From the IMG/VR virus record IMGVR_UViG_3300032285_004008: 64,000 nucleotides of DNA. One strand, given 5' to 3'. This DNA is from a virus. Made by a program: the position numbers and the translations under genes. Below, one piece after another: positions 1 to 9,880 of the stretch. The notes beneath the pieces are model-generated. The model made no database searches. It worked only from the letters and a program-made list of their open reading frames with translations, and was not told where the DNA came from. Every line of letters begins with the position of its first letter. The stretch's first letter is position 1.

Positions 1-497
1 CGGTCACCTGACTGACGGAACTTAGCGTAAGGGAAGATCCAGTGGAAGTAAGGCAATAGACCGCCGCGCTTTCCATCCTTAACAGCGTGTGACCAAGCTT
101 CAATCGCAACACCGTTACCAGCAGGGTCATCGCCAACGCCAGGAGCAGCCCAACCGACTGACTTAACGTTTGCATCTGAAGATGATCCAATGTTCTTGCG
201 AAGTAGTAGACCACCAGATAGAAGAGCTGAAAGCTCTGGGTCTGGCTCACAGATAGCAAGTTCCATGGTGATACGCTTTAGGGTATCTGGAGCCTTGTAA
301 GTTACGCATACAACACCGTTTGCACCCTTTTCAGTGATCTCGTCGCCCTCTTCATATTCTGGGGTGAACGAAATACGCATGAAGGCAGAAGTGGTGTAGC
401 TATCAGCTGGACCAGTTAGTAGGTTACCAGAAGCGTCCAGACGGGTGACACGGATCGACACACCCTGGATGCTAGCTGCATATTCTTGAGTAGCCAT
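1..497 (-). CDS. Major tail protein (partial, runs off the window)
   Basis: Not in the ORF track. ATG at 497 with AAGGAG SD; translates MATQEYAASIQGVSIRVTRLDASG...FTPEYEEGDEITEKGANGVVCV..., resembling actinophage major tail proteins. Lies directly downstream of the capsid genes. Confidence 0.7.
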   Translation of the reverse strand, partial: MATQEYAASIQGVSIRVTRLDASGNLLTGPADSYTTSAFMRISFTPEYEEGDEITEKGANGVVCVTYKAPDTLKRITMELAICEPDPELSALLSGGLLLRKNIGSSSDANVKSVGWAAPGVGDDPAGNGVAIEAWSHAVKDGKRGGLLPYFHWIFPYAKFRQSGD

Positions 498-518
498 TTA
501 GCTATTTCTCCTTGATTT

Positions 519-1622
519 TTAGATTGCTGAGGTTGACAGGTCAACCTTGACAGCTAGGTGGATCGAGGTATCAAAGTAAGCCGCAACTGGGCGGGTTGCC
601 TTGATTCTCATGTCATTATTGTTATTCGCGACATCGTAAGCCTGAGCTAGGTTGTCGTTTACCACTTCTGATTCACCAAGGTAGATACCGATGGTGCCAG
701 TTGCGTAAATCCATTTTTTATCACTAGTAGCCTGCATCTGAGCCCAGCCAGTAGTGACAGTGGTCGAGCCCACGTTAGCGTGAGTCAAAGAATAAGTGAA
801 CGTATCACCATCAGGAGTACCTGTGACGGTGAAAGTTCCATTAAATACAGCACTAACACCAGTAATTTCTACACGGTCACCGATCTCAAGGAAGTGATTA
901 CCATTAGTGTTTACTGTTGCAACATTGCTAGTCAGAGATACAGATGCAATAGAGGTGTGCTTACCATTACCTGAGTAGCCAGCACCTAATACAACAGTAG
1001 TTCCACCATTGGTCTCGATGTGAATGTGACCAGGATCATCTTCAACACGCATAAGCATGTACTGAGATCCTAGAAGAGTCGCAACGTCGCGAGTCATGTG
1101 CAGAATACCCTGCTCACCTGAAGCTGAAGAGTTACCGATACCACGCTCTAGGTATGCAATTGCGTGGTGAGGTGGCACAGGAAGTCCACCATTTAGAACA
1201 GTAACTGTATTTGAATTAGTTAGGTATGTGTTTGGAAGAGATTCACCACGAGTGATATTTCCCTCCCAGAATTCGCGCTCTACAGTACGCTGAGTAACAG
1301 CCTCTAGCTGGCGTAGTGCACGCTCAAAACGGTTAAGACCAAGTAGGCCCATAGTTGTGGCGTGGTCTTCAACCTCGATGAACCAAGGCTTAACCTCTAG
1401 GTAGCGAGGAGCATTTGGATCTGAATAAGCAACATCTGATGTTGCACTGTTCTCGCTCCATGAACGTACATAGTTCGGACGAGATTCTAGGTCTACCTCA
1501 AAGCCACGGACCCAGCGGGTATCTACATCAGTTGATCCTGTAACCTCTGGCTTGGCTGCACTAAAAAGACCGAACTCCATTGGAGTCAGTTTCGGAGCCG
1601 GGAATATACCCTTAAAAGCCAT
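519..1622 (-). CDS. Capsid pentamer-like/minor capsid protein with an inserted FCCH-like beta domain
   Basis: Follows the major capsid gene. QRTVEREFWEG and WIYATG motifs resemble the 'major capsid pentamer' of cluster-B-like actinophages. Insert NHFLEIGDRVEITGV...FNGTFTV...DTFTY. Confidence 0.55.
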   Translation of the reverse strand: MAFKGIFPAPKLTPMEFGLFSAAKPEVTGSTDVDTRWVRGFEVDLESRPNYVRSWSENSATSDVAYSDPNAPRYLEVKPWFIEVEDHATTMGLLGLNRFERALRQLEAVTQRTVEREFWEGNITRGESLPNTYLTNSNTVTVLNGGLPVPPHHAIAYLERGIGNSSASGEQGILHMTRDVATLLGSQYMLMRVEDDPGHIHIETNGGTTVVLGAGYSGNGKHTSIASVSLTSNVATVNTNGNHFLEIGDRVEITGVSAVFNGTFTVTGTPDGDTFTYSLTHANVGSTTVTTGWAQMQATSDKKWIYATGTIGIYLGESEVVNDNLAQAYDVANNNNDMRIKATRPVAAYFDTSIHLAVKVDLSTSAI

Positions 1623-1664
1623 CTTCGATCCTTTATCTAAAAGTCTAAATATTTATTTCGTATT

Positions 1665-1690
1665 GGGGGAGCCGGTTTCCCGACTCCCCC
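1665..1690 (-). terminator. Strong hairpin after the major capsid gene
   Basis: Minus strand GGGGGAGTCGG-GAAA-CCGGCTCCCCC. No U-tract, so probably a leaky terminator or stabilising stem. Confidence 0.6.
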
Positions 1691-1727
1691 TCAACGATGT
1701 TGCTACTTATTTGTAGCTGTTGAGTTT

Positions 1728-3794
1728 TTAGTACTCTACAGCAGCGGCAGTAGCGCCACCAGTAGTGTCGCGCAGAGCTGCAGCTACACCGTTTACAGAG
1801 ATGGTTGAGGTGATCTTGAGTGACTCAATACCAACCTTAGCCAGACCTTCGAAGGTTTCTACGAACATCTTGTAGTCGTTAGTTCCAACTAGTGATGAGT
1901 CGCGGATAATACCAAGGTCAAGAGTACCACCGTCAAGGAACAGGAAGGTTCCTTCAGCGAATAGGTACCATGAGAAGGTGTCTGGGAACTCTAGAAGAGC
2001 GCCTGCACCCTGTGCACCAAAGTAGTTCTGGTCAGGAGATACAGTTAGCGAAACATTGCTGTTAGCTAGGTAGCCCTCGATCTCAGACTTTGCAAGTGCG
2101 ATAGTTCCGTCTCCAGGCATTGCCAGAGTCAAGTCTGCAGCCATAGCGTCAACTACCCAGTCAGGCACGATAGCCTTTAGCTGAGTTGCTGGGTCGATAC
2201 GGTGACGTGAACGGTAAGCAACTGCTGCACGGCGGATCTGAACTAGGAAGTCGCGACCGAAACCGATTAGTGAAGAAGTGGTAACAGCGGTTGAAGCAGT
2301 ACCAATCTTAGTTAGCAGGTTAACTTCTGCCTCACGAGCGTGCTGTACAAGAGCTAGCTCGTTGTGGCGAGCAATTAGCTCTGGGTAAGCACGAGTCATC
2401 AAGTTACCGAACTGTAGCTGTAGAGTTACAGCGTCAGTTGCTGCAGTAACTTCACCAGCTGCTGCTACGGTAAGAGATGTCTTGGTTGCGCTCTGTGGGT
2501 CAGCATCAACTGCAGCAGTCCATACACCAACAGCGTCAGCGTAGTCACCAGAAGCGAATGATGGTGGGGTTACGAAGCGGATACCACCACGGTCAGCCTG
2601 GAACTTAGGCAGCGCGTCACGAACTGGACGTGCAGTGCTTGAGCCAAGACCGAAGATGTCGTACTTAACTTCGTAAGGAGCAGCGTGACCACCAGAAGCA
2701 ACAAGAGCCTGAGACTCAGCTGCGAAAGCTGAGATCTTAGCTGAGTTAGCCTCTGCATCGGTAGTCAAGGTGCGTGCGTCGTCAAACTTAGTGGTGATCG
2801 AAGCAACAATGTGCTGCTCGCCATCTCCACCGTTTACACGACGTAGTGAGTGGATACGCTTCTCCATAGCCTGAGCTACTTCGTTCATATCGTTGATAGT
2901 GCTGCCTGCGGTGTAGCCAGGGATGTCAGCGCCAGCGGTAATTGCTACTACTGGCTCGGTAACCTGAACTACAGGCTGACGGTCAGCTGGAGCCTCGAAG
3001 GTTCCCTCTGCTGATGCGGTCACAGTTGCCTGCTCTTCCTGCTGAACTTCTTCAGCGATTGGTGATGATTCTAGAGTGGTTTCTTCAGCTGATGCCTCTG
3101 AGCCCTCTACTGCTTCTACTACTGCTTCTTCGGTAGCTACTTCTGCAGGTGCTGCAGGTGCTTCCTCAACAGTGCCATCAGCAGTGATGACTTCTTCGAC
3201 AACCTCTGATTCATTGGTTGATAGTTCTGATCCGGTTACCTGATCGGTTGATGCAACAGTCTCTTCTGAAGTAGTAGCCTCTTCAACTGCAACTTCTGCA
3301 GTTTCTTCTGGCTCAGCGGAAGCCTTCATAGGCTCCTTCTTCTCTTCTTCTGGAGTTTCCTTGGCTTCCTCTTCTGCAGTGCCTTCCTCTACCTGACCAT
3401 CGGTCTCGGCAGGGGTGTTGTCAGCAGCAGGGGTTTCTTCAGGGGCTTCTTCGGTAGGAGCAACTTCCTCTGCAGGAACTTCCTCTTCTACGATTGGCTT
3501 GTCTTCAGACATTGCCATTTCCTCTCCGGTCGCTTCCTGAGCGCCCTTAACACGTGCGGTGGCTTCTGCAGCCTGGGCAGCAAGTTCTTGAACTTGAGCC
3601 TCTCGGCGAGATAGCTCACCACGAACGATGTCAAGAGAGTCAGCAAGTGACGTCATAGCATCAACTGTCTCAGGAGTCGGGTCTTCACCCTCAACCATTT
3701 CGAACTGGCTGATAATATCTGCCTGAAGCTCTGCGAGTTGTTCGTCGCCAAGCTCAGAGATAGTATCTAGCTGAGTCTTAATCTGGTCGTACAC
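1728..3794 (-). CDS. Major capsid protein with N-terminal acidic scaffold-like region
   Basis: C-terminal ~330 aa has RPVRDALPKFQADRGG, LFAEGTFLFLDGGTLDLGIIRDS and NDYKMFVETFEG, typical of actinophage MCPs. GTG at 3794 follows an AGGAGG SD; the ORF track starts at 3827. Confidence 0.85.
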   Translation of the reverse strand: MYDQIKTQLDTISELGDEQLAELQADIISQFEMVEGEDPTPETVDAMTSLADSLDIVRGELSRREAQVQELAAQAAEATARVKGAQEATGEEMAMSEDKPIVEEEVPAEEVAPTEEAPEETPAADNTPAETDGQVEEGTAEEEAKETPEEEKKEPMKASAEPEETAEVAVEEATTSEETVASTDQVTGSELSTNESEVVEEVITADGTVEEAPAAPAEVATEEAVVEAVEGSEASAEETTLESSPIAEEVQQEEQATVTASAEGTFEAPADRQPVVQVTEPVVAITAGADIPGYTAGSTINDMNEVAQAMEKRIHSLRRVNGGDGEQHIVASITTKFDDARTLTTDAEANSAKISAFAAESQALVASGGHAAPYEVKYDIFGLGSSTARPVRDALPKFQADRGGIRFVTPPSFASGDYADAVGVWTAAVDADPQSATKTSLTVAAAGEVTAATDAVTLQLQFGNLMTRAYPELIARHNELALVQHAREAEVNLLTKIGTASTAVTTSSLIGFGRDFLVQIRRAAVAYRSRHRIDPATQLKAIVPDWVVDAMAADLTLAMPGDGTIALAKSEIEGYLANSNVSLTVSPDQNYFGAQGAGALLEFPDTFSWYLFAEGTFLFLDGGTLDLGIIRDSSLVGTNDYKMFVETFEGLAKVGIESLKITSTISVNGVAAALRDTTGGATAAAVEY

Positions 3795-3904
3795 TGTACC
3801 TCCTAGGCCAGTTATTTTGGTAGACACGGAATTGTGCCTATCGGTGAACAGTCAAGGCCGAGGGACTGACAACATTAAGTTGCAAGGCGCTCCACCTATT
3901 AGTA

Positions 3905-3912
3905 ATTTTACC
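3905..3912 (-). promoter_or_regulatory. Putative late/extended -10 promoter GGTAAAAT
   Basis: Upstream of the MCP. The same octamer precedes genes at 9397-9404 (-), 55485-55492 (-) and 51544-51551 (+). Confidence 0.45.
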
Positions 3913-3919
3913 TTATTTT

Positions 3920-5995
3920 TTAAGTAAGGAGTCGAAGGAGTTTACTCATCTCAGACTGAACCTCACCCTGATTGAAATAGTCTCCTCCGGACATATATGA
4001 TTGGAGCTTGTGGGTTGCCACTTCTCCATCTTTTTTACCGATCTTCTGGATTACTCGATCCGTCATGTTTTTCATGAGGTCCTGTAGTCCAGCTGGTAGA
4101 TCGCTAAATCTAAGCTTCTGAGCATCCTGCCCAAAAGGGAGCGGTAGGTTAGAAATAACCTTTCCTAACTCTCTTGCTGTAACTTTTACGTTCTCTAGGT
4201 CTTTAGGATTAAGAGCCTTAGTATCTAGTCTGTCTAGATTGTCTAGAAGAGCAGAAGCTGCCTTAGTAGATTCTTCGTAGTTACCTGCAAAGTCAAGTTT
4301 GTCTGCCTGCTGAGCCTGGTTAAGCGCTTCCTGAAGTCCAGCATCGCCTAGGTGCTGACTTAGACGAGCAAGAACTTCTCGGAACTTACCTCTATCATCG
4401 CGCGGCTGAGTTTCAGCGGTATATTTACTGCGGCCAGTTTCAGCGTACTTATTAGAGGTTTTTTCCTCGGTAGCATTCTTTTTAGCTTCTTCAGCTAGCT
4501 TTCCAGAAACCTTATCTTCGTGAAGCTGCTTAGCTGCTTTTACCTCTTTTTCGGTTTGAACATCAGCAGCCTTTTTAGCCTCCATAAGATCTTTAATATC
4601 TGCTGGAGTTGGTGTCTCTCCTTCAGCAAACTGGGTCGCAGGAATAGCTGCAATAACTGAGCGCATAGAAGCAACCATTGCCTCGGCGTCGGCTGAAGCT
4701 GCTGTCTTCCAATCATCAGGAATTGCGTTAGAAACCTTTAGCTGCTTCGCACGCTTCATGATGTGCTTACGAACTTTAGCTCGATCAGATTTCTTAGCGC
4801 GTCCAAATGCCTGAATAGCATTCTTAAGGTCTGCCTCGTTACGAATAGGGTAAGAACCGTCTGGTAGTGCTTTACCCTCTTCAGCAAGAGACTTACGTTC
4901 TTCTTCTGAAATAGATGATAACTCTGCATATGCAGAAGCTATTAGAGCACGCTCGCGGAGCATATCAATCTGAGCCGAGGCTGCAATAGTTTTTCCCTTA
5001 ACCCAGTTTTCTGGGATTAGGTCTGCAACCTTTAGTTGGTGAGCACGCTTGATGATGTGCTTGCGTACAGCAGCTTTGTGGCTTGGTTTTGCACGACCAT
5101 AAGCGTGAATAGCAGCCTTAACGTCATCCTTGGTCTTGATCGGGAATGAGCCATCTGGAAGTGCCTGACCTTTGTCAGCAGCCTTCATTCGCTCTTCCTT
5201 AGAGATATACGCAAAGTCACCATACATCTTGTTTTTAGCAGCCTCTACTCGAGTGCTTAGATCAAATGAATCTGCATACATTCCTAGCTCATTTAGAATC
5301 TGAGCTTGTGTAGAAAGATTATTAGCAGCAGTACTCTTCATAACTGCCATGTAGTGAGCTCCGGCTGCAACAAGTGCCATAACTTGGCCACCGGCAACAA
5401 TTGCACGAGCGATAGGGAATCCTGGAACGTTAACCTGGCAAACCGCTACAAGCTCAAGCTGGCCATTGATTGGACGCCAGTCGCCTGAAGGAGCAGAAGC
5501 ACGTAGCGCACGGATCTGAGCTTCGGTTGCGTCTGGGCGTAGCGAACCAGCTACCCAGATACCGTAGTCGTCTTCACCAGCGTGAACGTCAGCGATTGCA
5601 GATGCAGTATCGTCGTAGTGCTTAGCTGCTGCTTGAGCATCTGCTTGAAGCGATGCGTGACCGCCAGCAAGAGTTAGCTGACCTACTGGAATGTCCTTAC
5701 CTGAGTCGGTACGAACTACGCCAGTGTGAAAGTACGCATACTTGCTCTTCGAACGTGGTGGGCGAGTTGAACGAGGCATACCAATGTGGTTTACGTGCCA
5801 TGCGGCAATGTGACCGAATACTCTTCCAGACTCGTCTATGGTGAGTGGGGTTGGCTTAGTTAGCTTAGGCTTTTCAAACCATTCCTGAGGCGGGGTAGTT
5901 GGAATAGCTGACGCAAGAAAGCCAGAAGCGGTAATCGCTTCTAGCGACTCTGTTATAGCAACAGACTCTTCGTAAATTCCATCCTGAGGATTCAC
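3920..5995 (-). CDS. Head maturation-associated protein (second half of the protease locus) with a duplicated GKALPDGSYPI module
   Basis: PPQEWF..P.L..PTPLT...GRVFGHIAAW domain as in actinophage capsid-maturation proteins; two ~65-aa repeats; QPRDDRGKF motif. GTG start at 5995 with AGGAG SD. Confidence 0.6.
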   Translation of the reverse strand: MNPQDGIYEESVAITESLEAITASGFLASAIPTTPPQEWFEKPKLTKPTPLTIDESGRVFGHIAAWHVNHIGMPRSTRPPRSKSKYAYFHTGVVRTDSGKDIPVGQLTLAGGHASLQADAQAAAKHYDDTASAIADVHAGEDDYGIWVAGSLRPDATEAQIRALRASAPSGDWRPINGQLELVAVCQVNVPGFPIARAIVAGGQVMALVAAGAHYMAVMKSTAANNLSTQAQILNELGMYADSFDLSTRVEAAKNKMYGDFAYISKEERMKAADKGQALPDGSFPIKTKDDVKAAIHAYGRAKPSHKAAVRKHIIKRAHQLKVADLIPENWVKGKTIAASAQIDMLRERALIASAYAELSSISEEERKSLAEEGKALPDGSYPIRNEADLKNAIQAFGRAKKSDRAKVRKHIMKRAKQLKVSNAIPDDWKTAASADAEAMVASMRSVIAAIPATQFAEGETPTPADIKDLMEAKKAADVQTEKEVKAAKQLHEDKVSGKLAEEAKKNATEEKTSNKYAETGRSKYTAETQPRDDRGKFREVLARLSQHLGDAGLQEALNQAQQADKLDFAGNYEESTKAASALLDNLDRLDTKALNPKDLENVKVTARELGKVISNLPLPFGQDAQKLRFSDLPAGLQDLMKNMTDRVIQKIGKKDGEVATHKLQSYMSGGDYFNQGEVQSEMSKLLRLLT

Positions 5996-6009
5996 TGGTT
6001 CTCCTAGAT

Positions 6010-8979
6010 TTAAACCGCGCCAGCGCCGAGTTCGATGCAGCATTCTTGGAATGCAGGCTTAGCTACAATTGTAGCAGCCATTACACGTGCGTGATTAATG
6101 GTCATCTTCTTCTTACCAAGATCTTCACCACTGTCTTCGGCATTTTCCGGTGAGGCATCTTCTTTTGCTTCAAACTGATCAAGGTCTGCGGAAACTCCAC
6201 GAAGGAATCCTCCTCGAACCAGACGCTCTGCCTCACGGCCATAAGGACCGTTGTCAAATACACCTTCTGCATTACCAAGCCCGCCAGGGATTCGTTCTAG
6301 CTTGTCAATACGACCAACTACAACTGAACCATTGTGACCCTCGCCAGTCTGAATCTGCCACAGAAGAGGTAGAGGTAGTTCACGGATATCGATAGCATTA
6401 GCTTTAAACTTACGTCCATCGCCTGATTCCACGCCTTCTGGAACTAGCAGAGGAATAGTAAATCTAGAACCTGGAGCAATGTCGGTTTCTTCTCCGGCAC
6501 TTGCAACTAAGGCAAACTTAGAGCGAGCATCGTTAGCGCGAGCTGCTAGTGCGGCTGCTTCGATTACTGCTGTATTGAATTCTTCTACATTGCCAAAAGT
6601 ATTCTGCTTGTGACCAGGGTTAAATCGGCTTCCGGTATAAACACCAGTCGCTTCCTTGTGGCGCAGCTGGCAATAGCCCTTTGCCCTAAGTCCTAGGTAC
6701 TTAGATAGGTGACGAACGCAACGGGTCCAGTCTCCAGGAGTACCCCAACGAATCTTAAGAGCACCAGCCCCGTGAGTCCAATAACGACGAAGCTGTTCGG
6801 CATTACCTCTGTTACGATCTAGTCCACCAGCAGCAGTAATTGCACTAGCTAGTACGCAGTTAGGGACGTGTCTTCCATCCTTATCCTTAAAGCCAATCTG
6901 CTTGTAACCATCCCAGCAAGGATCTTCAGCAGAGTGGTCGGAAACGGTCGAGAAGTTACACATCTCTTCTTTACAGCCATCATCCTGAAGCATGTCTTCA
7001 ATTTCAGGCTCAGGAGTCCAACTCTCATCGTAAAGAGGGTCGTCAGCGTTCTTTTTGAATACGTCATCTAGAGGCATTAATAGATCGCGGTCAGTAACCT
7101 TTGTTGGCTCACCGATATTTTCGCCCCAAACTTCTTCCATGATGAATTCATCAGAAGAGAACTGCTTGTAACGGTCTTTGGCTGCGTGGGTAGCGGTGTA
7201 CATGCCAGTAGCTTCCTTGTGACGAAGCTGGCAGTAGCCTTTAGCGCGTGGTCCTAGATATTTAGCCAGGTGGCGAACACAGCGTGACCAGTCGCCAGGT
7301 TGGCCCCAACGAATCTTGGCAGCACCTTCTCCGTGTACCCAGTAGCGACGAAGTTTTTCTGCATTGCCGCGGTTGCGGTCTAATCCGCCGGCAGCAGAGA
7401 GGCTAGCAATTAGGGAAACTAGATTACGCTCCCAGAGAGGGGCAAGCGCGAGCGCACTAGCGGTAACGCCCTTTAGACCATCAGCCTGAGCAAGAACATC
7501 GTTTAGAAGCTCTGGAGTATCTAACTTAACTACTGGAGGAGGAGTTGCTGATTTTAGATCTGCAAGAATTTGATCATCTCGAACCCACTGCTTGTCTTGA
7601 CGACGGTAAGTGGTAGGAGCAGTAGTCTTATCGCTACTAGGAACAATAGCAATAACATCCATAACAGCCTGTAGGTCATCTGGAGAAACAATTGCTAGAT
7701 ATTTAGCTGGTACATCTGTATTATCTGGAGTTAATTCTTTAGTAGCAGCTGCGGCAGTTATATTCTGAAGTTTATTGTTCTTGCGAGTCTGAATAACATA
7801 GACAGTCCAAGAAGTTAGAGTATCTTTTAGCTCGCGAGCAGTTAGGGCTGGGATTGAAACACTGAGCTTAGCAATGTGAGATCTGTCCGAGTTTCTAGGT
7901 TCACCAAGAATTCCGGTTGTATCAATAGGGCTGATTTTCGGGACAAGCTTGGTATCTTCTGTATCTCCCGCAGCGGTCATAGCATATTCTACTAGTGACC
8001 AGTCAATATTCTCGATTGCTTCGGCTGCTAAAGCCGCCTCTTCTTCGTTAATATCGTCCAGGCTTACAGGGGTGTAGTCATTTTCGATGAAGCGAGCAGC
8101 AAGAATGACCGCAGATGCCGGGTCAATCATTACGTGAGTTTTTTCGCAGTTGTCGTAGACATCATCCAGGGCCTGGTCATACGAGTAAATGTCACCATCA
8201 ACATCGCCCATTGAGTCCCACTCGCCGCCATCCCATACAAATACTTCTGCATTGATGTCGATCATATATAGACGGTCAATTCCAGTTGCATCATGACGAA
8301 CACGTGCAATAAATTCTGGTCCCTGATTTTCGCTTAATTCCTGAGCATCTTGGAAACCATTTGCTGGCATACCGTAGTTCTCTAGCGCCTCTTCATATCC
8401 AGGAATACCGTAAGCACCGGCAGTTAAAGCCTTTTTATTTTCGCGCTCTACAATTGCAGATGCCCAGCGCTGCCCGGCATCTCCACCCCAGAGAGCCCAT
8501 GCAATACGACCGTTAGATGGGAAGTGATCTTCTCCAGGGTTAAATCCAGGAGCCTTTTTATCGACTTCATGACGAGGAAAATACTTGGCAATGTGTCGAA
8601 CCTTTTCGATGCCAATCTGGCCACCTCTTGCAAGGGTGCGAGCTGTATTTAATCCAACAGGAGTGCCGCCACGCTTTGCCTCATGACGCCACTTGAGCGC
8701 CTTCTTTGCTTCTGCCTGAACTCCACCAGGAATGGTATACATGCGATTACCATCACCAGAGGCTAGTACAGATTTAATATTAGGAATAATAAAGTGATCG
8801 TTTACTAGGCCAATAACTTCCGCAGATGGTACCTCAAAAGAGTCCTTAGAGAACTCTGATTTTAGGGTTGACAAAGAGCCAGAGTTGGTAATGAGGTTAA
8901 GTTCGGTGTCAACTATAACCGCTTTATCCCCATGAGAGAAAAGAGAAAAGTTACCCGATGTGCCTAGGTACTCGAACAT
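6010..8979 (-). CDS. Multi-module prohead (capsid maturation) protease polyprotein
   Basis: C-terminal EGVESGDGR...LPLPL...GH..SVVVGRI...LRGVSADLD...ATIVAKPAF protease-like domain. N-terminal modules GRIAWALWGG, two copies of LRRYW.HG.GA.KIRWG.PGDW.RC, and CWDGY...VPNCV. Confidence 0.65.
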   Translation of the reverse strand: MFEYLGTSGNFSLFSHGDKAVIVDTELNLITNSGSLSTLKSEFSKDSFEVPSAEVIGLVNDHFIIPNIKSVLASGDGNRMYTIPGGVQAEAKKALKWRHEAKRGGTPVGLNTARTLARGGQIGIEKVRHIAKYFPRHEVDKKAPGFNPGEDHFPSNGRIAWALWGGDAGQRWASAIVERENKKALTAGAYGIPGYEEALENYGMPANGFQDAQELSENQGPEFIARVRHDATGIDRLYMIDINAEVFVWDGGEWDSMGDVDGDIYSYDQALDDVYDNCEKTHVMIDPASAVILAARFIENDYTPVSLDDINEEEAALAAEAIENIDWSLVEYAMTAAGDTEDTKLVPKISPIDTTGILGEPRNSDRSHIAKLSVSIPALTARELKDTLTSWTVYVIQTRKNNKLQNITAAAATKELTPDNTDVPAKYLAIVSPDDLQAVMDVIAIVPSSDKTTAPTTYRRQDKQWVRDDQILADLKSATPPPVVKLDTPELLNDVLAQADGLKGVTASALALAPLWERNLVSLIASLSAAGGLDRNRGNAEKLRRYWVHGEGAAKIRWGQPGDWSRCVRHLAKYLGPRAKGYCQLRHKEATGMYTATHAAKDRYKQFSSDEFIMEEVWGENIGEPTKVTDRDLLMPLDDVFKKNADDPLYDESWTPEPEIEDMLQDDGCKEEMCNFSTVSDHSAEDPCWDGYKQIGFKDKDGRHVPNCVLASAITAAGGLDRNRGNAEQLRRYWTHGAGALKIRWGTPGDWTRCVRHLSKYLGLRAKGYCQLRHKEATGVYTGSRFNPGHKQNTFGNVEEFNTAVIEAAALAARANDARSKFALVASAGEETDIAPGSRFTIPLLVPEGVESGDGRKFKANAIDIRELPLPLLWQIQTGEGHNGSVVVGRIDKLERIPGGLGNAEGVFDNGPYGREAERLVRGGFLRGVSADLDQFEAKEDASPENAEDSGEDLGKKKMTINHARVMAATIVAKPAFQECCIELGAGAV

Positions 8980-9345
8980 TTACTGCTCCGTTAAATTATC
9001 GCTAGCTGGAGTGAAGTCGCTGTGGTCATAAATCTTATCTGCGTACTTTTCCAGTTCGCTAAGGTCTAGCTCACCGTTGTCATACATTTTTACCGCAATG
9101 TGGTCAGGATCAGAGCCTTCAGACATAAACGAGTTATCGATTTCAGCTTCATCCGTATCCCAGTCGAGCTGGTATACATCATCGTTATTAAGATCAGTGT
9201 CAATACGGCTTTCTTCACGAGTAGTGAAGTCCCAGTCAGCATTCTGACGAATAAATATTCCCATAGGGGAAAACGCATATACTCCATCGATAGCATTAGT
9301 CTGAGGGTTCACGTAGAACCATACATTTACTACATTGTCTGCCAT
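8980..9345 (-). CDS. Acidic hypothetical protein
   Basis: 121 aa, very D/E-rich; abuts the protease start; preceded by its own TGGTAAAAT. Confidence 0.6.
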   Translation of the reverse strand: MADNVVNVWFYVNPQTNAIDGVYAFSPMGIFIRQNADWDFTTREESRIDTDLNNDDVYQLDWDTDEAEIDNSFMSEGSDPDHIAVKMYDNGELDLSELEKYADKIYDHSDFTPASDNLTEQ

Positions 9346-9408
9346 TGGTTTCTTTCTGCTGACGAGCGGAAATATCTCTCTATAGAGTATATTATTATTT
9401 TACCACTA

Positions 9409-9879
9409 TTATTCATTAGTGTTGTTGCTGTTTACCTGGGTTATAGCCCTATACATAAGCTCTAGTCTTGCCTCAGGTACATCATCAATTATAGATTGAA
9501 GATCTGCATCAGAAGCATTCTTAATATCTAGATAGCCTCTAACCTTTTTTCCAGATTTAGGATCTTCATAGGTATAGCCAATATTAGTCTTATAATTACG
9601 CTCTAACGGCGAGGATGCTCGCTCAGCTACTCGCTTTTCAACACGGAGTATAAACTCTGATAGGGCTGGAGACAGGTCATCTAGAGACTCGGCTTTTAGC
9701 TCTTTTTCAGCCGCCTCCTTTAGGAGACTGGCATTATATTTAGCAGTAGTCTCGTTGAAATAGACAGTATCAGCATACGGATCCCAGGTTTCTCCGTCAG
9801 AGCTATAGTAGTCTGCGTCTACAGAGTTGAATAGCGCATCGGCTACTCGCTGATTAGTTTGAAAAAATGCAGGATTCAT
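9409..9879 (-). CDS. Hypothetical protein (candidate immunity protein)
   Basis: Starts 1 nt after the stop of the effector ORF. Confidence 0.5.
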   Translation of the reverse strand: MNPAFFQTNQRVADALFNSVDADYYSSDGETWDPYADTVYFNETTAKYNASLLKEAAEKELKAESLDDLSPALSEFILRVEKRVAERASSPLERNYKTNIGYTYEDPKSGKKVRGYLDIKNASDADLQSIIDDVPEARLELMYRAITQVNSNNTNE

Positions 9880-9880
9880 A

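Noticed and set aside
5990-6043. Programmed frameshift joining the two protease-locus ORFs
   Set aside because: The frames overlap in -1, but GCG GTT TAA is not a valid slippery heptamer, no stem follows, and the downstream ORF has its own AGGAG SD and GTG start.
6640-7400. Diversity-generating retroelement TR/VR pair
   Set aside because: The two ~190-bp repeats are in-frame protein modules differing mostly at synonymous positions, not specifically at adenines; no reverse transcriptase is present.
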